Shown: positions 35,165-44,191 of the stretch, in pieces
Position numbering within the stretch: position 1 is the stretch's first letter
How the letters are laid out: every line of letters starts with the position of its first letter
Assembly (NCBI GenBank): GCA_965227875.1
Contig: OZ245783.1
Coordinates: forward strand, 4,978,251 to 5,042,250
Length of the DNA stretch: 64,000 nt
Direction of reading: 5' to 3'
DNA from: Hyphomicrobiales bacterium
GTDB lineage: Bacteria; Pseudomonadota; Alphaproteobacteria; Rhizobiales; JAJFHC01
The notes under the pieces: model-generated
Seen by the model: only the letters and a program-made list of their open reading frames with translations
Database searches by the model: none
What the model was told of the DNA's origin: nothing
Position numbers and translations under genes: made by a program

Positions 35165-36469
35165 TCAGACCGGGCGCTTCAGTTCGGCCAGCCGCTTGTG
35201 GACCTTGTCGACGAGGCGCAGTGTCTTGGCGGCGACCTTCCCTTTTTCGACTGTCCGTCCCGCATGCCCGGAATTCATGGCTTGGGTCGCGACCGCTTCG
35301 GCCACGCTGGCATGGACCGACGGGTCGAGCGGCGAGGGAAGCAGGTTGTCCGGGCGCAGCGGCACCGCCAGGGCGGCCAACGCATGCGAGGCCGCGAGAC
35401 ACATTTCCAGCGTCACCCGCCTCGCCTTCGTTTCCACCGCGCCGCGCATCAGGCCGGGAAAGGCCAGAACGTTGTTGCAGTGGTTCGGAAAATCGAAGCG
35501 TCCACTGGCCGCCACCGCCGCACCCGCCGAAAGCGCCTTGTCGGGATCGATCTCGGGTTCGGGATTTGCCAGTGCGAACACGATCGGCCCGTCCGCCATG
35601 CTGGCGACCATGTTCGCGTCCACGAGGCCGCCGCGGGACAGGCCGACAAACGCGTCCGCGCCCCGCATGGCATCCGCCAGGCTTCCACGCTTCGAATGTG
35701 CGTTGGTCCTCGCCGCGATCTCCCTCCAGTGTGGATGATTGTCGGCGCGATCTGGATCTAGGATACCGTCGCGGTCGACGGCGATCACGTCGCCGATACC
35801 GAGCGCTTCGAGCATCCGGATCGTGGCCGTGCCCGCCGCACCGATGCCGTTCACGACAACGGTTGCATCCCTTGCCATGCGGCCGGTGAGCGCGAGCCCG
35901 TTGATCATTGCGGCCGTCACGACCGTCGCCGTGCCGAACTGATCGTCGTGGAGAACCGGGATGTCGAGGCGTTCCTCGAGCTGGCGCACGATCTCGAAGC
36001 ACGCAGGCGCCCCGACGTCTTCGATGTTGATCCCGCTGAACGACGGTTCGAGGGCCGCCACGACATCGCAGAACCGCTCCGCCCCGCGGGCATCAAGGCA
36101 GAGCGGCATGCAGTCCAGTCCCGCCAGGGCCTTGAACATCACCGCCTTGCCTTCCATGACCGGGATCGCCGCGTCGGGGCCGACATCGCCCAGGCCGAGG
36201 ACGGCGGAACCGTCCGTGACCAGGGCGATCATGTTTCCGCGCGCCGTGACCGACTCGAGATCGTCCGGATTGGCCAGGACATGCCGCACCACATGTCCGA
36301 CCCCGGGCGTATAGGCCACAGCCATTTCGTCAAGCGAGTTGGCGCCGACCTTCGGCAGGATCTCGATCTTGCCGTGTCCGGAATAGGTATCCCTGCCGAA
36401 TGCCAGAGCCCGGTCGGCAAATGACGGCGCGGTACTCTCGGCCAGGCCGTCCTTGCTGGTTTCGCTCAC
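35165..36469 (-). CDS. NAD(P)-dependent malic enzyme family protein (short ~430-aa form)
   Basis: AYTPGVGHV, LVTDGSAVLGLGDVGP, PVMEGKAVMFK, INIEDV, VNGIGAAG, FALANPEPE. GTGA overlap with the upstream gene. Confidence 0.85.
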   Translation of the reverse strand: MSETSKDGLAESTAPSFADRALAFGRDTYSGHGKIEILPKVGANSLDEMAVAYTPGVGHVVRHVLANPDDLESVTARGNMIALVTDGSAVLGLGDVGPDAAIPVMEGKAVMFKALAGLDCMPLCLDARGAERFCDVVAALEPSFSGINIEDVGAPACFEIVRQLEERLDIPVLHDDQFGTATVVTAAMINGLALTGRMARDATVVVNGIGAAGTATIRMLEALGIGDVIAVDRDGILDPDRADNHPHWREIAARTNAHSKRGSLADAMRGADAFVGLSRGGLVDANMVASMADGPIVFALANPEPEIDPDKALSAGAAVAASGRFDFPNHCNNVLAFPGLMRGAVETKARRVTLEMCLAASHALAALAVPLRPDNLLPSPLDPSVHASVAEAVATQAMNSGHAGRTVEKGKVAAKTLRLVDKVHKRLAELKRPV

Positions 36470-37623
36470 TGGATGACCAGTCGTTTCACCGTATCGCGGA
36501 CGGCATCCTGTCCCTCGCGGACGAGGATCTCGTAGAGGGTGATCTGACTAAGTTGCGACCAGACATAGTTCTTGAGCTGATTGAACGGTTTCCCGTGAAG
36601 ATCGCTTCCGGAAATGCCCAGATCGTCTTCCGCGACCTGGCGCAGGGACGGCTCCGTGTAGAGATGCGCCCCACCCATTGTGTAGGGCCAGTTCATGTCG
36701 GCCAGATGGGTGATCCACTGTTCAGCCGGTTGCGGTGCGAGAACGGTATCGCCGCCCTTCTTCTCCAGCAGCCCGTACTCCACCGGGTCGACCTGGGCCA
36801 GCACCGCCGCGGCCTTGATGAAGTGAGCCACGCGCTCCAGCCCATGCCAGGAGGCCACGACGTCCCGGCCGTCCATGTCCGCATTCAGGAACGCGAGCTG
36901 GTGAGCCGCCGCCATGGCCATGACGATCCGGCTGTCGAAGCGCCGATACATCAGTTCCGCCGTCACGTAGATGCAGTGCGCGTGCCAGGTGTCGTCATAG
37001 ACGGTCCTGGGCTCCTCGAGCCAGGTTCCGTCGTTCTGCCACTGATAGAGCCAGACCTTCGGGTATTCGTGGATCAGCAGTCCGGCCACCGAGACATCAC
37101 GGTTGATCGGCACGCCGTACATCTGGCGGTAGTTGCTCGTGTAGGCCTCCGCCATGCGGATGTTGTAGGCTACGGTGACCGCCAGTCCGCCGGGATGTGC
37201 GTTGTAGAAGTTGTTGTGGCTCGACGGCGCGGTCAGGTAGGTCTGCGGCGACATGTGACCGGACGGCCAGACATGTTCCGGATCGTCCTCGGCGTTGAAG
37301 AAACCCAGCCGGACCATTTCGTCGAACATCTTCTGCCGGTCCTGCTCGGTGGGATAGAGCTCGAGAAAGCTGACCTTCGGATCGACGATGCATTCCGTCA
37401 TCAGCCGCCGGTAGCCCTCGTCCTCGATGGACGCGGCTGTCTGCAGAAGTTCGTTGTAGGTGCCCATCACGAGCCGCGATGCGCGGGCCATGTCTTCCGG
37501 CGACATGGCGATGACTTCCTCCAGTTTCCGTGTCTCCGCCAGATGCATGTCGGCGGAGAACTTTTCATAGGCAAATTTTCCCGGCATCGGGCCACCCTTG
37601 CCGCAGGCACCACATACGCACAT
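36466..37623 (-). CDS. Hypothetical protein, possibly a degenerate HD-domain-like fold; N-terminal MCVCGACGKGG
   Basis: Start at internal M75 (AGGAG 9 nt upstream). AHPGGLAVT, LLIHEYPK, WHAH and AAAHQ resemble the HD-hydrolase motif order with substitutions. No confident family assignment. Confidence 0.55.
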   Translation of the reverse strand: MCVCGACGKGGPMPGKFAYEKFSADMHLAETRKLEEVIAMSPEDMARASRLVMGTYNELLQTAASIEDEGYRRLMTECIVDPKVSFLELYPTEQDRQKMFDEMVRLGFFNAEDDPEHVWPSGHMSPQTYLTAPSSHNNFYNAHPGGLAVTVAYNIRMAEAYTSNYRQMYGVPINRDVSVAGLLIHEYPKVWLYQWQNDGTWLEEPRTVYDDTWHAHCIYVTAELMYRRFDSRIVMAMAAAHQLAFLNADMDGRDVVASWHGLERVAHFIKAAAVLAQVDPVEYGLLEKKGGDTVLAPQPAEQWITHLADMNWPYTMGGAHLYTEPSLRQVAEDDLGISGSDLHGKPFNQLKNYVWSQLSQITLYEILVREGQDAVRDTVKRLVIQ

Positions 37624-37640
37624 TGTCTTTTCTCCTCTTT

Positions 37641-38753
37641 TCAGTTCGTCGGTTGACCGGCACCGGGCCGCGCCGGCAGAAAGCGGCCGCTGTCCAGATC
37701 GAGTACATGTTCGGCCTTCGGCGTGAAACCGAACCATCCCGGCCCTTCCGTGCCGACCGGATGGTCCGCCCGTGTCCGGACCTTGATCTTCTCTCCACCA
37801 AGCTCGACGTCGAGCACATGGTGGCTGCCAAGCCGTTCGATCCACAGGATCTCGCCCGGGAATGGGGTCGTGTCGGTCCGAGCGGCAGCGACCTCAATTT
37901 TCTCCGGCCTCACGCCGATGGCCAGCCGGCCGGGACGCTGTCCGGACACCTGCCCATCGATCGATGCGGAAAACCCTTCGCCGGCCGCACGCAGTCCGCT
38001 GCCTTCCTGCTCGACCGCCACGGGGATGAGGTTCATCGGCGGCGTGCCCATGAACTGGGCGACAAAGGCCGTCGCCGGCCGTTGATAGAGTTCGTCGGGT
38101 GTACCGACCTGCTCCACCCGGCCCTCGTTGAGCACCGCGATCCTGTCGGACAGCGACATGGCCTCGATCTGGTCGTGAGTCACGTAGAGTATCGACTGGC
38201 CTGTCTCGCGATGAAGTTTCTTGAATTCCACGCGCAGCGCGATCCGGATACGCGCGTCGAGATTGGTCAGCGGCTCATCCAGCATCAGGAGGTCACCGGG
38301 GGCCGCCAGCGCGCGGCCGATCGCCACCCGCTGCTGTTCCCCGCCCGAAAAGGTGCGCGGCAGGCGATCGAGCACGTGGCTGACCTTGAGCATCGCCGCG
38401 ATCTCGTCCACCCGCCGGTCTATCGCGCTCTTCTCCATCCCCGACCTGCGCAGGGGAAAGGCGATGTTCTCGGCACCGCTCAGGGTCGGGAAAAGGGCGA
38501 TGTTCTGAAACAGCAGGCTGACGTTGCGCAGCCTCGGTTCCAGGCCGGTCACGTCGGAGCCCTTCAGCCTGACCGACCCCGCCTGGGGCCGTTCGAGCCC
38601 AGCAATTGTCTTCAGAAGCGTCGACTTGCCCGCGTTGGTCGGCCCGACCACCGTGAGGAACTCGCCCGCAATCATGGAAAGGGCGACATCGTCCAGTGCC
38701 GTGGTGTCGGACCCGTAGTTCACTGAAAGTCCTTTGATCTCGAGCAGGCTCAT
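37641..38753 (-). CDS. CUT1-type sugar ABC transporter ATP-binding protein (MalK/UgpC-like), copy 2
   Basis: MSLLEIKGLSVNYG...GPTNAGKST...FSGGEQQRVAIGRAL...LMLDEP. ATGA overlap with copy 1. Only the C-terminal 370 codons of ORF 37641..39719 are real. Confidence 0.88.
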   Translation of the reverse strand: MSLLEIKGLSVNYGSDTTALDDVALSMIAGEFLTVVGPTNAGKSTLLKTIAGLERPQAGSVRLKGSDVTGLEPRLRNVSLLFQNIALFPTLSGAENIAFPLRRSGMEKSAIDRRVDEIAAMLKVSHVLDRLPRTFSGGEQQRVAIGRALAAPGDLLMLDEPLTNLDARIRIALRVEFKKLHRETGQSILYVTHDQIEAMSLSDRIAVLNEGRVEQVGTPDELYQRPATAFVAQFMGTPPMNLIPVAVEQEGSGLRAAGEGFSASIDGQVSGQRPGRLAIGVRPEKIEVAAARTDTTPFPGEILWIERLGSHHVLDVELGGEKIKVRTRADHPVGTEGPGWFGFTPKAEHVLDLDSGRFLPARPGAGQPTN

Positions 38754-39838
38754 GCGGCGACACCACGTTCGACGACGGACTGGTCGTCCCTGCGGATCAC
38801 ATGGATGCGCTCGGCATCGAGGCCGAGGAAACAGGTGTTTCCGACTTCCGCCGCACCTGCCGGAACCGAAACGCTCACCAGTGACTCTCCGTATTCGCAA
38901 TAGGCGATGTGTTCCACGCCATGGTTCTCCACCAGCCGCACGACCGTCTCCACGCCCCCGGCGGTCCCGTCGACGGAAAACGCGATGTCGTGCGGCCTGA
39001 CGGCCACGTGGTGGCTGCCGGGCGATATCGCACGGCGCCCGAGCGGGATCGGACCGTGAAGCGCCGTCCAGGCGCTGGCTCCGCCGCCATCGGTGCGCAC
39101 GTCGCATTCGATCACGTTGATTGGCGGGTCCCCGATGAATTCCGCGACGAAACGCGTCCGGGGCCGATGGTATATTTTGTCGGGTGTGCCGATCTGTTCG
39201 ACGACACCGTTGTGCATCACCGCGATCCTGTCGGACATCGCCAGGGCCTCGACCTGATCGTGCGTCACGTAGAGCACGGTCTGGCCGAGCTGTTTCTGGA
39301 GCAGTTTCAGTTCGCTGCGAAGGGATGCCCGCAGGGCGGCGTCGAGATTCGACATCGGCTCGTCGAGCAGCAGCAGCTTGGGTTCGGTGACGAGCACCCG
39401 CGCCAGGGCCACTCTCTGCATTTCGCTCATGTTGAGCTCGCCGCCGCGCCGATCCATGATCGGTTCGAGGTCGAGCGTGCGGGCGATGGCCTCGATACGC
39501 CTGTTGCGTTCGCCGCGGGATACCTTCTGGGCCTCGAGACCGAAGGCGAGGTTCGCCCTCACCTTCAGCCGCGAGAAGACGGCATAGTCCTGGAAAACGA
39601 GCCCGATGGCGCGGCGCCCGGGCGGCAGGTCGTTTATGCGGACGCCGTCGACATGGATGTCCCCCGTGGTCGGCGTCTCGAAGCCGGCGATCATCGCCAG
39701 CGTGGTCGACTTCCCGCAACCGGACGGTCCCAGCAGCGACAGGAACTCGCCAGACGCCAGCTCCATGTCCATGCTGCGGACGGCCCTGTTCTCGCCGAAG
39801 GTTTTCGCGAGGCCGCTCAGTTTCAGCCGCGGCGTCAT
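38750..39838 (-). CDS. CUT1-type sugar ABC transporter ATP-binding protein (MalK/UgpC-like), copy 1
   Basis: GPSGCGKST, MSEMQRVALARVL, LLLDEP and a C-terminal TOBE-like region. Confidence 0.9.
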   Translation of the reverse strand: MTPRLKLSGLAKTFGENRAVRSMDMELASGEFLSLLGPSGCGKSTTLAMIAGFETPTTGDIHVDGVRINDLPPGRRAIGLVFQDYAVFSRLKVRANLAFGLEAQKVSRGERNRRIEAIARTLDLEPIMDRRGGELNMSEMQRVALARVLVTEPKLLLLDEPMSNLDAALRASLRSELKLLQKQLGQTVLYVTHDQVEALAMSDRIAVMHNGVVEQIGTPDKIYHRPRTRFVAEFIGDPPINVIECDVRTDGGGASAWTALHGPIPLGRRAISPGSHHVAVRPHDIAFSVDGTAGGVETVVRLVENHGVEHIAYCEYGESLVSVSVPAGAAEVGNTCFLGLDAERIHVIRRDDQSVVERGVAA

Positions 39839-40719
39839 CGCTTCACCGCCCCGAACGTCAAGCCGCGCACCAGGTGTTTCTGGATGATGTAGCCGAAGAA
39901 GATGACCGGCAGCGTCGAAATCGCGCCCATCGCCGCCTGCACCCCGTAGAGTTTTCCCGAGGACGCGGAAACGTAGTTAGCGACCTGCAGCGTTACCGTC
40001 GTGACCTTCCCGGACGTCAGGACCAGGGCGAACAGGAACTCCGACCAGTTGAGAATGAAGATGAAGAGCGCGGTCGCCAGAATGCCCCCACGGGCCAGCG
40101 GCAGCGTGATTTTCACGAATGCCTCCAGCTGGGACATCCCGTGCACCATCGCCGCGCCCTCCAGCTCCGCGGGCGTCTCCTCGATGAATGACCGGATCAT
40201 CCAGATCGAGAACGGCAGCGTGAACGCGGTGTAGGCGAGGATCATGCCGAAGTAGGTGTCGGCGATCCGCAATACCGCGAAGAGAGCGACCATCGGCACG
40301 ACCACCGCGATGGGAGGCATCATGCGGACGGTAAGGAACTGAAACGGGTAGTTTTCGCCGCCCGTCCGGTAGCGGACGATGGAATAGGCCGCCAGCGTCC
40401 CGAACAGCACGGAAAGAATCGTCGCGCAGGTGGAGATGATCGCGCTGTCCTGAAACGCCTTCCAGGCACTGCCGGAAACCTTGTAGTCGAGAGATCCGGA
40501 CTGGGATGCGGCGAACTCCCGGGCAGCATCCGGAAAGAACACGATCCGGTAGTTCTGCAGCGTCGGCTGGTCCGTCAGCCAGACCGGCGGCCAGCTCGCC
40601 CACTCCTCGAACGGCTTGAGCGAAGTCGCGAAGAGCCAGTAGATGGGGAAAAAGGCGAAGATCATCGCGGCCACCACCGCGAACCTCTTCAGGATGGTCG
40701 TGGCAAGGGACTGGTTCAT
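39835..40719 (-). CDS. Carbohydrate ABC transporter permease (MalG-like)
   Basis: Six TM helices and the EAA-loop EGAAMVHGMSQLEAFVKITLPLA. Confidence 0.9.
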   Translation of the reverse strand: MNQSLATTILKRFAVVAAMIFAFFPIYWLFATSLKPFEEWASWPPVWLTDQPTLQNYRIVFFPDAAREFAASQSGSLDYKVSGSAWKAFQDSAIISTCATILSVLFGTLAAYSIVRYRTGGENYPFQFLTVRMMPPIAVVVPMVALFAVLRIADTYFGMILAYTAFTLPFSIWMIRSFIEETPAELEGAAMVHGMSQLEAFVKITLPLARGGILATALFIFILNWSEFLFALVLTSGKVTTVTLQVANYVSASSGKLYGVQAAMGAISTLPVIFFGYIIQKHLVRGLTFGAVKR

Positions 40720-41687
40720 CCGCCGTGCCTCTTGAGCGGCTGTGCAAGGGCCAGACAGATCGACACGACCAGCACGAGCACGATGAGGGCGGCGGCGGCG
40801 ATGTAGCCCATGCGGAAATAAACGAATGCGCCGTTATACATGTACATAGAGATGGTTTCGGTTGCGCCGCCGGGCTGGCCGCGGGTCAGTATGTAGACGG
40901 GATCGAAGATCTTGAAGGTCTCGATTGAGCGGATCAGCACGGCGATGCCGATCACCGGCGCCAGCAGCGGCAGCATGATCCGGCGAAAGATGCGCGCAGG
41001 CGTGGCCCCCAGCGCGATCGCGGCGCGAACCTGGTTCTGCGGCAGGCTGAGCAGGCCGGTCAGCACCATGAGGAACATCAGCGGCGTCCACTGCCAGACC
41101 TCGCACAGCATGATCGGAACCATGGCCCACGTCGGATGGGACAGCCATGAGAACGTGAACGGCTCGCCGATGATCATGCTGATGAGATGGTTGATCGGGC
41201 CACGGTCGTTGAACAGCATGAAGAACGCGTTCGCCGCATCGACCGGGATGATCATCATCGGCAGGATGATGACGGAGACCGCCAGCCGTTTCCACCACCA
41301 CTCCTCGACGAAGAGCAGCGCGAGGCCGAGGGCGATGGCGAGTTCCAGGGTGATGCAGATCGCAACGACCATGAGGGTGCGCAACACGGAATTTATGAAC
41401 CGGTCGTCGTACCAGAGGTCGTTGAAATTCCAGAACCAGATGAACTCGCCCTGCCACCACGGAATGGCCTGGGTCGGTTGCCAGTCCGTGAGCGCCAGCC
41501 AGATGACGATGACCGTCGGCACGACGACGACCGCCATCACCGTCAGCTGGGCCGGAAGCACCAGGGCGACGTTGAAAGGTATCAACGAGCGGCTGGCGTC
41601 CTTGCCGGGCGTCGGGTCCAGGCCGCCCTGTTCCGGTGAACCGGGGCCGGCAACGTCGCCGGCCCCGCCTGTTTCAGCCTTGTTCAT
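40716..41687 (-). CDS. Carbohydrate ABC transporter permease (MalF-like)
   Basis: Internal M38 (ATGA overlap with the SBP stop). EAA-loop RAAIALGATPARIFRRIMLPL. Confidence 0.88.
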   Translation of the reverse strand: MNKAETGGAGDVAGPGSPEQGGLDPTPGKDASRSLIPFNVALVLPAQLTVMAVVVVPTVIVIWLALTDWQPTQAIPWWQGEFIWFWNFNDLWYDDRFINSVLRTLMVVAICITLELAIALGLALLFVEEWWWKRLAVSVIILPMMIIPVDAANAFFMLFNDRGPINHLISMIIGEPFTFSWLSHPTWAMVPIMLCEVWQWTPLMFLMVLTGLLSLPQNQVRAAIALGATPARIFRRIMLPLLAPVIGIAVLIRSIETFKIFDPVYILTRGQPGGATETISMYMYNGAFVYFRMGYIAAAALIVLVLVVSICLALAQPLKRHGG

Positions 41688-43165
41688 GCAAGACGGTCGC
41701 GCACCGAAGCCGGATAGCTCGACTTGAGGAACTGCCACTGGACCTTCTGGCTGCGCTTGCCCATGCGCCGCGTGATCCGCGACCATGCTCCGGCACAATC
41801 GTCCAGTGCTTCCTTAGGCTTCTTCGTCCCCGCATCGGCTGCGGCGATCGCCACCCGGAGTTCATCGAAATATTCCCCCTGCCCCTTCAGATACAGATCG
41901 GGAATGGAACCCTGCATCGATTCCTTGTGGGCCGCCAGAAACGAGGCGCTGTAGGTGTCGGAAATCGACTTGTCGGTGTAGTGCGCGCCGCGTGTCGGGT
42001 CGAAGTAGCCTGCCGGATCCTGTACCGCCTGTGTCGACATGACCGGCGAACACGCATAGAGCGAGAACAGGTAGGCGAGTTCCGGCTCCTGGGAGACGGC
42101 GTTCACGACGTAGTTCCAGCCCCAGTTGAAGTAGGGTGTCCTGAGAAGTTCGCCATTCACCATGCCGCCCGGCATGTTGCCGAAGGCAAGCTTGCCCTTG
42201 ACCTTCGACTTGTCCGAATTGAGGTACTTCTGCGTACCGCCCCATCCGATGTTGGCGAACTTGTCGCCGGCACCGAACGCCTCGAAATTCTCGAACAGGC
42301 CGTTCGTCCGGGCACCGGGATACTGGCTCGCCGAAGCCGCGATAAGCTCCTCGAGCGCGGCGACGCCGGCATCGTTGTTGATCTGCGGCTCGAGATCGTC
42401 GGTGAAGGGATAGAAACCCTTGGCGTGAAAACGGCCCCACCACTCCCAGGCGATGAAGTACTGGGTACGGAAAAGCGCGCCGCCGAACTTGCCTTCGTCG
42501 GGCCGGTGGAACCACGCCATCATGGCGTCCAGTTCCTCCCAGGTGTCGGGCACCTTGAGTTCCTTGCCCGTCTTGTCCGCGAAACCCTTCTGCTCCTTTT
42601 CGTCGTCGAGCCAGGGCTTGTTGTAGAACATCAGGTAGGTGTCGCCATCGGTCTGGTAGCCGTAGAGCGACCCCTTGTAGTAGTCGCCGATCGTGTAGAG
42701 CGCATCCTTCTGAAAATCGGCGGGCTCGTATTTCTGCGCGTAGCTGTCGAGGTTCACGACGACCCCCGATTCCGCGATATCCGGCAGGCCGAACGTCGCC
42801 GGAAGCGCCAAGTCGAACGACCCGGACCGCGACACCGCCTCGAGCAGCACCTTCTGGTTGATCTCACCGAGCGGGACCTCGAGATAACCGATCTTGATCC
42901 CGGTCGCGGCCGTGAACTGGTCGGCGACAGGTTTGACGTTCCCCAGCGACCCGGAGGGATGGAGGATCGTCAGCGTCACGTCCTTGCCCTTGGCCAGTTC
43001 CTTCGCCGCGGCTGCGGCCGTCTCGTGCACGTTCGCGAGGCTTCCGGCCTGCGCATTGGCGGCCGAGAACATTCCGGGCGCGAGCGCATAGGTCGCCGCG
43101 GCTGCCGCGGTCCCCTTGAGAATCGTGCGCCGGTTCAGTGCTGATTTCTTGCTGGAAAAGTCCAT
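41684..43165 (-). CDS. Extracellular solute-binding protein (family 1) with twin-arginine signal
   Basis: MDFSSKKSALNRRTILKGTAAAAATYALAPG... GGAGGAAA RBS. Confidence 0.88.
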   Translation of the reverse strand: MDFSSKKSALNRRTILKGTAAAAATYALAPGMFSAANAQAGSLANVHETAAAAAKELAKGKDVTLTILHPSGSLGNVKPVADQFTAATGIKIGYLEVPLGEINQKVLLEAVSRSGSFDLALPATFGLPDIAESGVVVNLDSYAQKYEPADFQKDALYTIGDYYKGSLYGYQTDGDTYLMFYNKPWLDDEKEQKGFADKTGKELKVPDTWEELDAMMAWFHRPDEGKFGGALFRTQYFIAWEWWGRFHAKGFYPFTDDLEPQINNDAGVAALEELIAASASQYPGARTNGLFENFEAFGAGDKFANIGWGGTQKYLNSDKSKVKGKLAFGNMPGGMVNGELLRTPYFNWGWNYVVNAVSQEPELAYLFSLYACSPVMSTQAVQDPAGYFDPTRGAHYTDKSISDTYSASFLAAHKESMQGSIPDLYLKGQGEYFDELRVAIAAADAGTKKPKEALDDCAGAWSRITRRMGKRSQKVQWQFLKSSYPASVRDRLA

Positions 43166-43192
43166 TCCGTTTCCTCCGGTTGCCATCGTTTT

Positions 43193-44191
43193 CTACTTGA
43201 TTACGGCGCTCTTGGTTCGGTCCTGACCGATCAGGACGGCAGCTACGACCACGGCGCCTTTGATCATCATTTGCGTGTACTGGTTGACCCCCATCAGGTT
43301 CAGCCCGTTGTCGAGCAGGGCGATGATCGCAACCCCGATGAGCGTGCGGTGAACACCCCCGATGCCGCCCGACAGCGAGGTGCCGCCGACGACGATGGCG
43401 GCGAGGGTGTTGAGCAGGAGATCCTGTCCGAGCGTCGGCCCCGCGGACCCGAGCCGTGCGACGGCCAGCGCGCCGGCGAGCCCCGCCGTAAGCCCGGAAA
43501 GGGCGAATGCGTAGATCTTGTAGCGGACCACCGGCAGACCGGCGGTGCGCGAGACCGCTTCCCCGCCCCCGATGAAACACATGTACCGTCCGAACCGCGT
43601 GTACCTTCCGGCAAGCGCCATCACTGCCCACGCCCCGAAAGCGAAGAGCGCGATGTTGGGCACCGCGGGGATCAGCTGGCCGATCGCCAGCTCCTCGAAG
43701 GAATAGGAGTTGAAGCGAAGCGCCCTGCCCTGGAGGATCTCCCAGGCGGCACCCGTGAAAACGGACAGCGTGCCGAGCGTCACCACGAAAGACGGAATGC
43801 GGCCGATCGAGTAGATCAGCCCGTTGATCATGCCCAGACCCGCGCCGGCCATCATGCCCACGAAAAGCGCGCCCACGCCGACATCGAACAGATTGAGCGA
43901 CTTGACCGTGATGGCGCCGACGAGCAGCACCATCGCGCCGACGGACAGGTCGATGCAGCCCATGAGGATGACGAACGATGCGCCCAGGCAGGCAAGCAGC
44001 AACGTGCTCGCCTGCCCCAGGATGCCTGTGAGATTGCGCACAGAGAGAAACGCGTCCGAAGCGATCGAGAAGAAAGCGATCAGCGAGATGACCACGCCGA
44101 TCGGAAGCCAGAGGCCCGACCGCAGGTCGATGCGCTGCAGGAAGCTCCGGCGCGTGGACGTCCCTGATCCGGTCTCCGCGATCTCGCTCAT
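43193..44191 (-). CDS. CUT2-type sugar ABC transporter permease (RbsC/AraH-like)
   Basis: Multi-TM protein with GGIDLSVGAM-type motif CIDLSVGAMVLLVGA. Confidence 0.9.
   Translation of the reverse strand: MSEIAETGSGTSTRRSFLQRIDLRSGLWLPIGVVISLIAFFSIASDAFLSVRNLTGILGQASTLLLACLGASFVILMGCIDLSVGAMVLLVGAITVKSLNLFDVGVGALFVGMMAGAGLGMINGLIYSIGRIPSFVVTLGTLSVFTGAAWEILQGRALRFNSYSFEELAIGQLIPAVPNIALFAFGAWAVMALAGRYTRFGRYMCFIGGGEAVSRTAGLPVVRYKIYAFALSGLTAGLAGALAVARLGSAGPTLGQDLLLNTLAAIVVGGTSLSGGIGGVHRTLIGVAIIALLDNGLNLMGVNQYTQMMIKGAVVVAAVLIGQDRTKSAVIK

Noticed and set aside
35006-36424. Several 150-300-aa ORFs on both strands over 35.0-36.4 kb
   Set aside because: They overlap the malic-enzyme-family gene, which has multiple canonical motifs. 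The products are Arg/Pro-rich artefacts.
37641-39719. 692-aa minus-strand ORF suggesting a very large ATPase
   Set aside because: The first 322 codons are an out-of-frame read-through across the real MalK-like gene 38750..39838 and give an Arg/Pro-rich product. The genuine protein starts at the ATG at 38753 (MSLLEIKGL...), overlapping the upstream stop.
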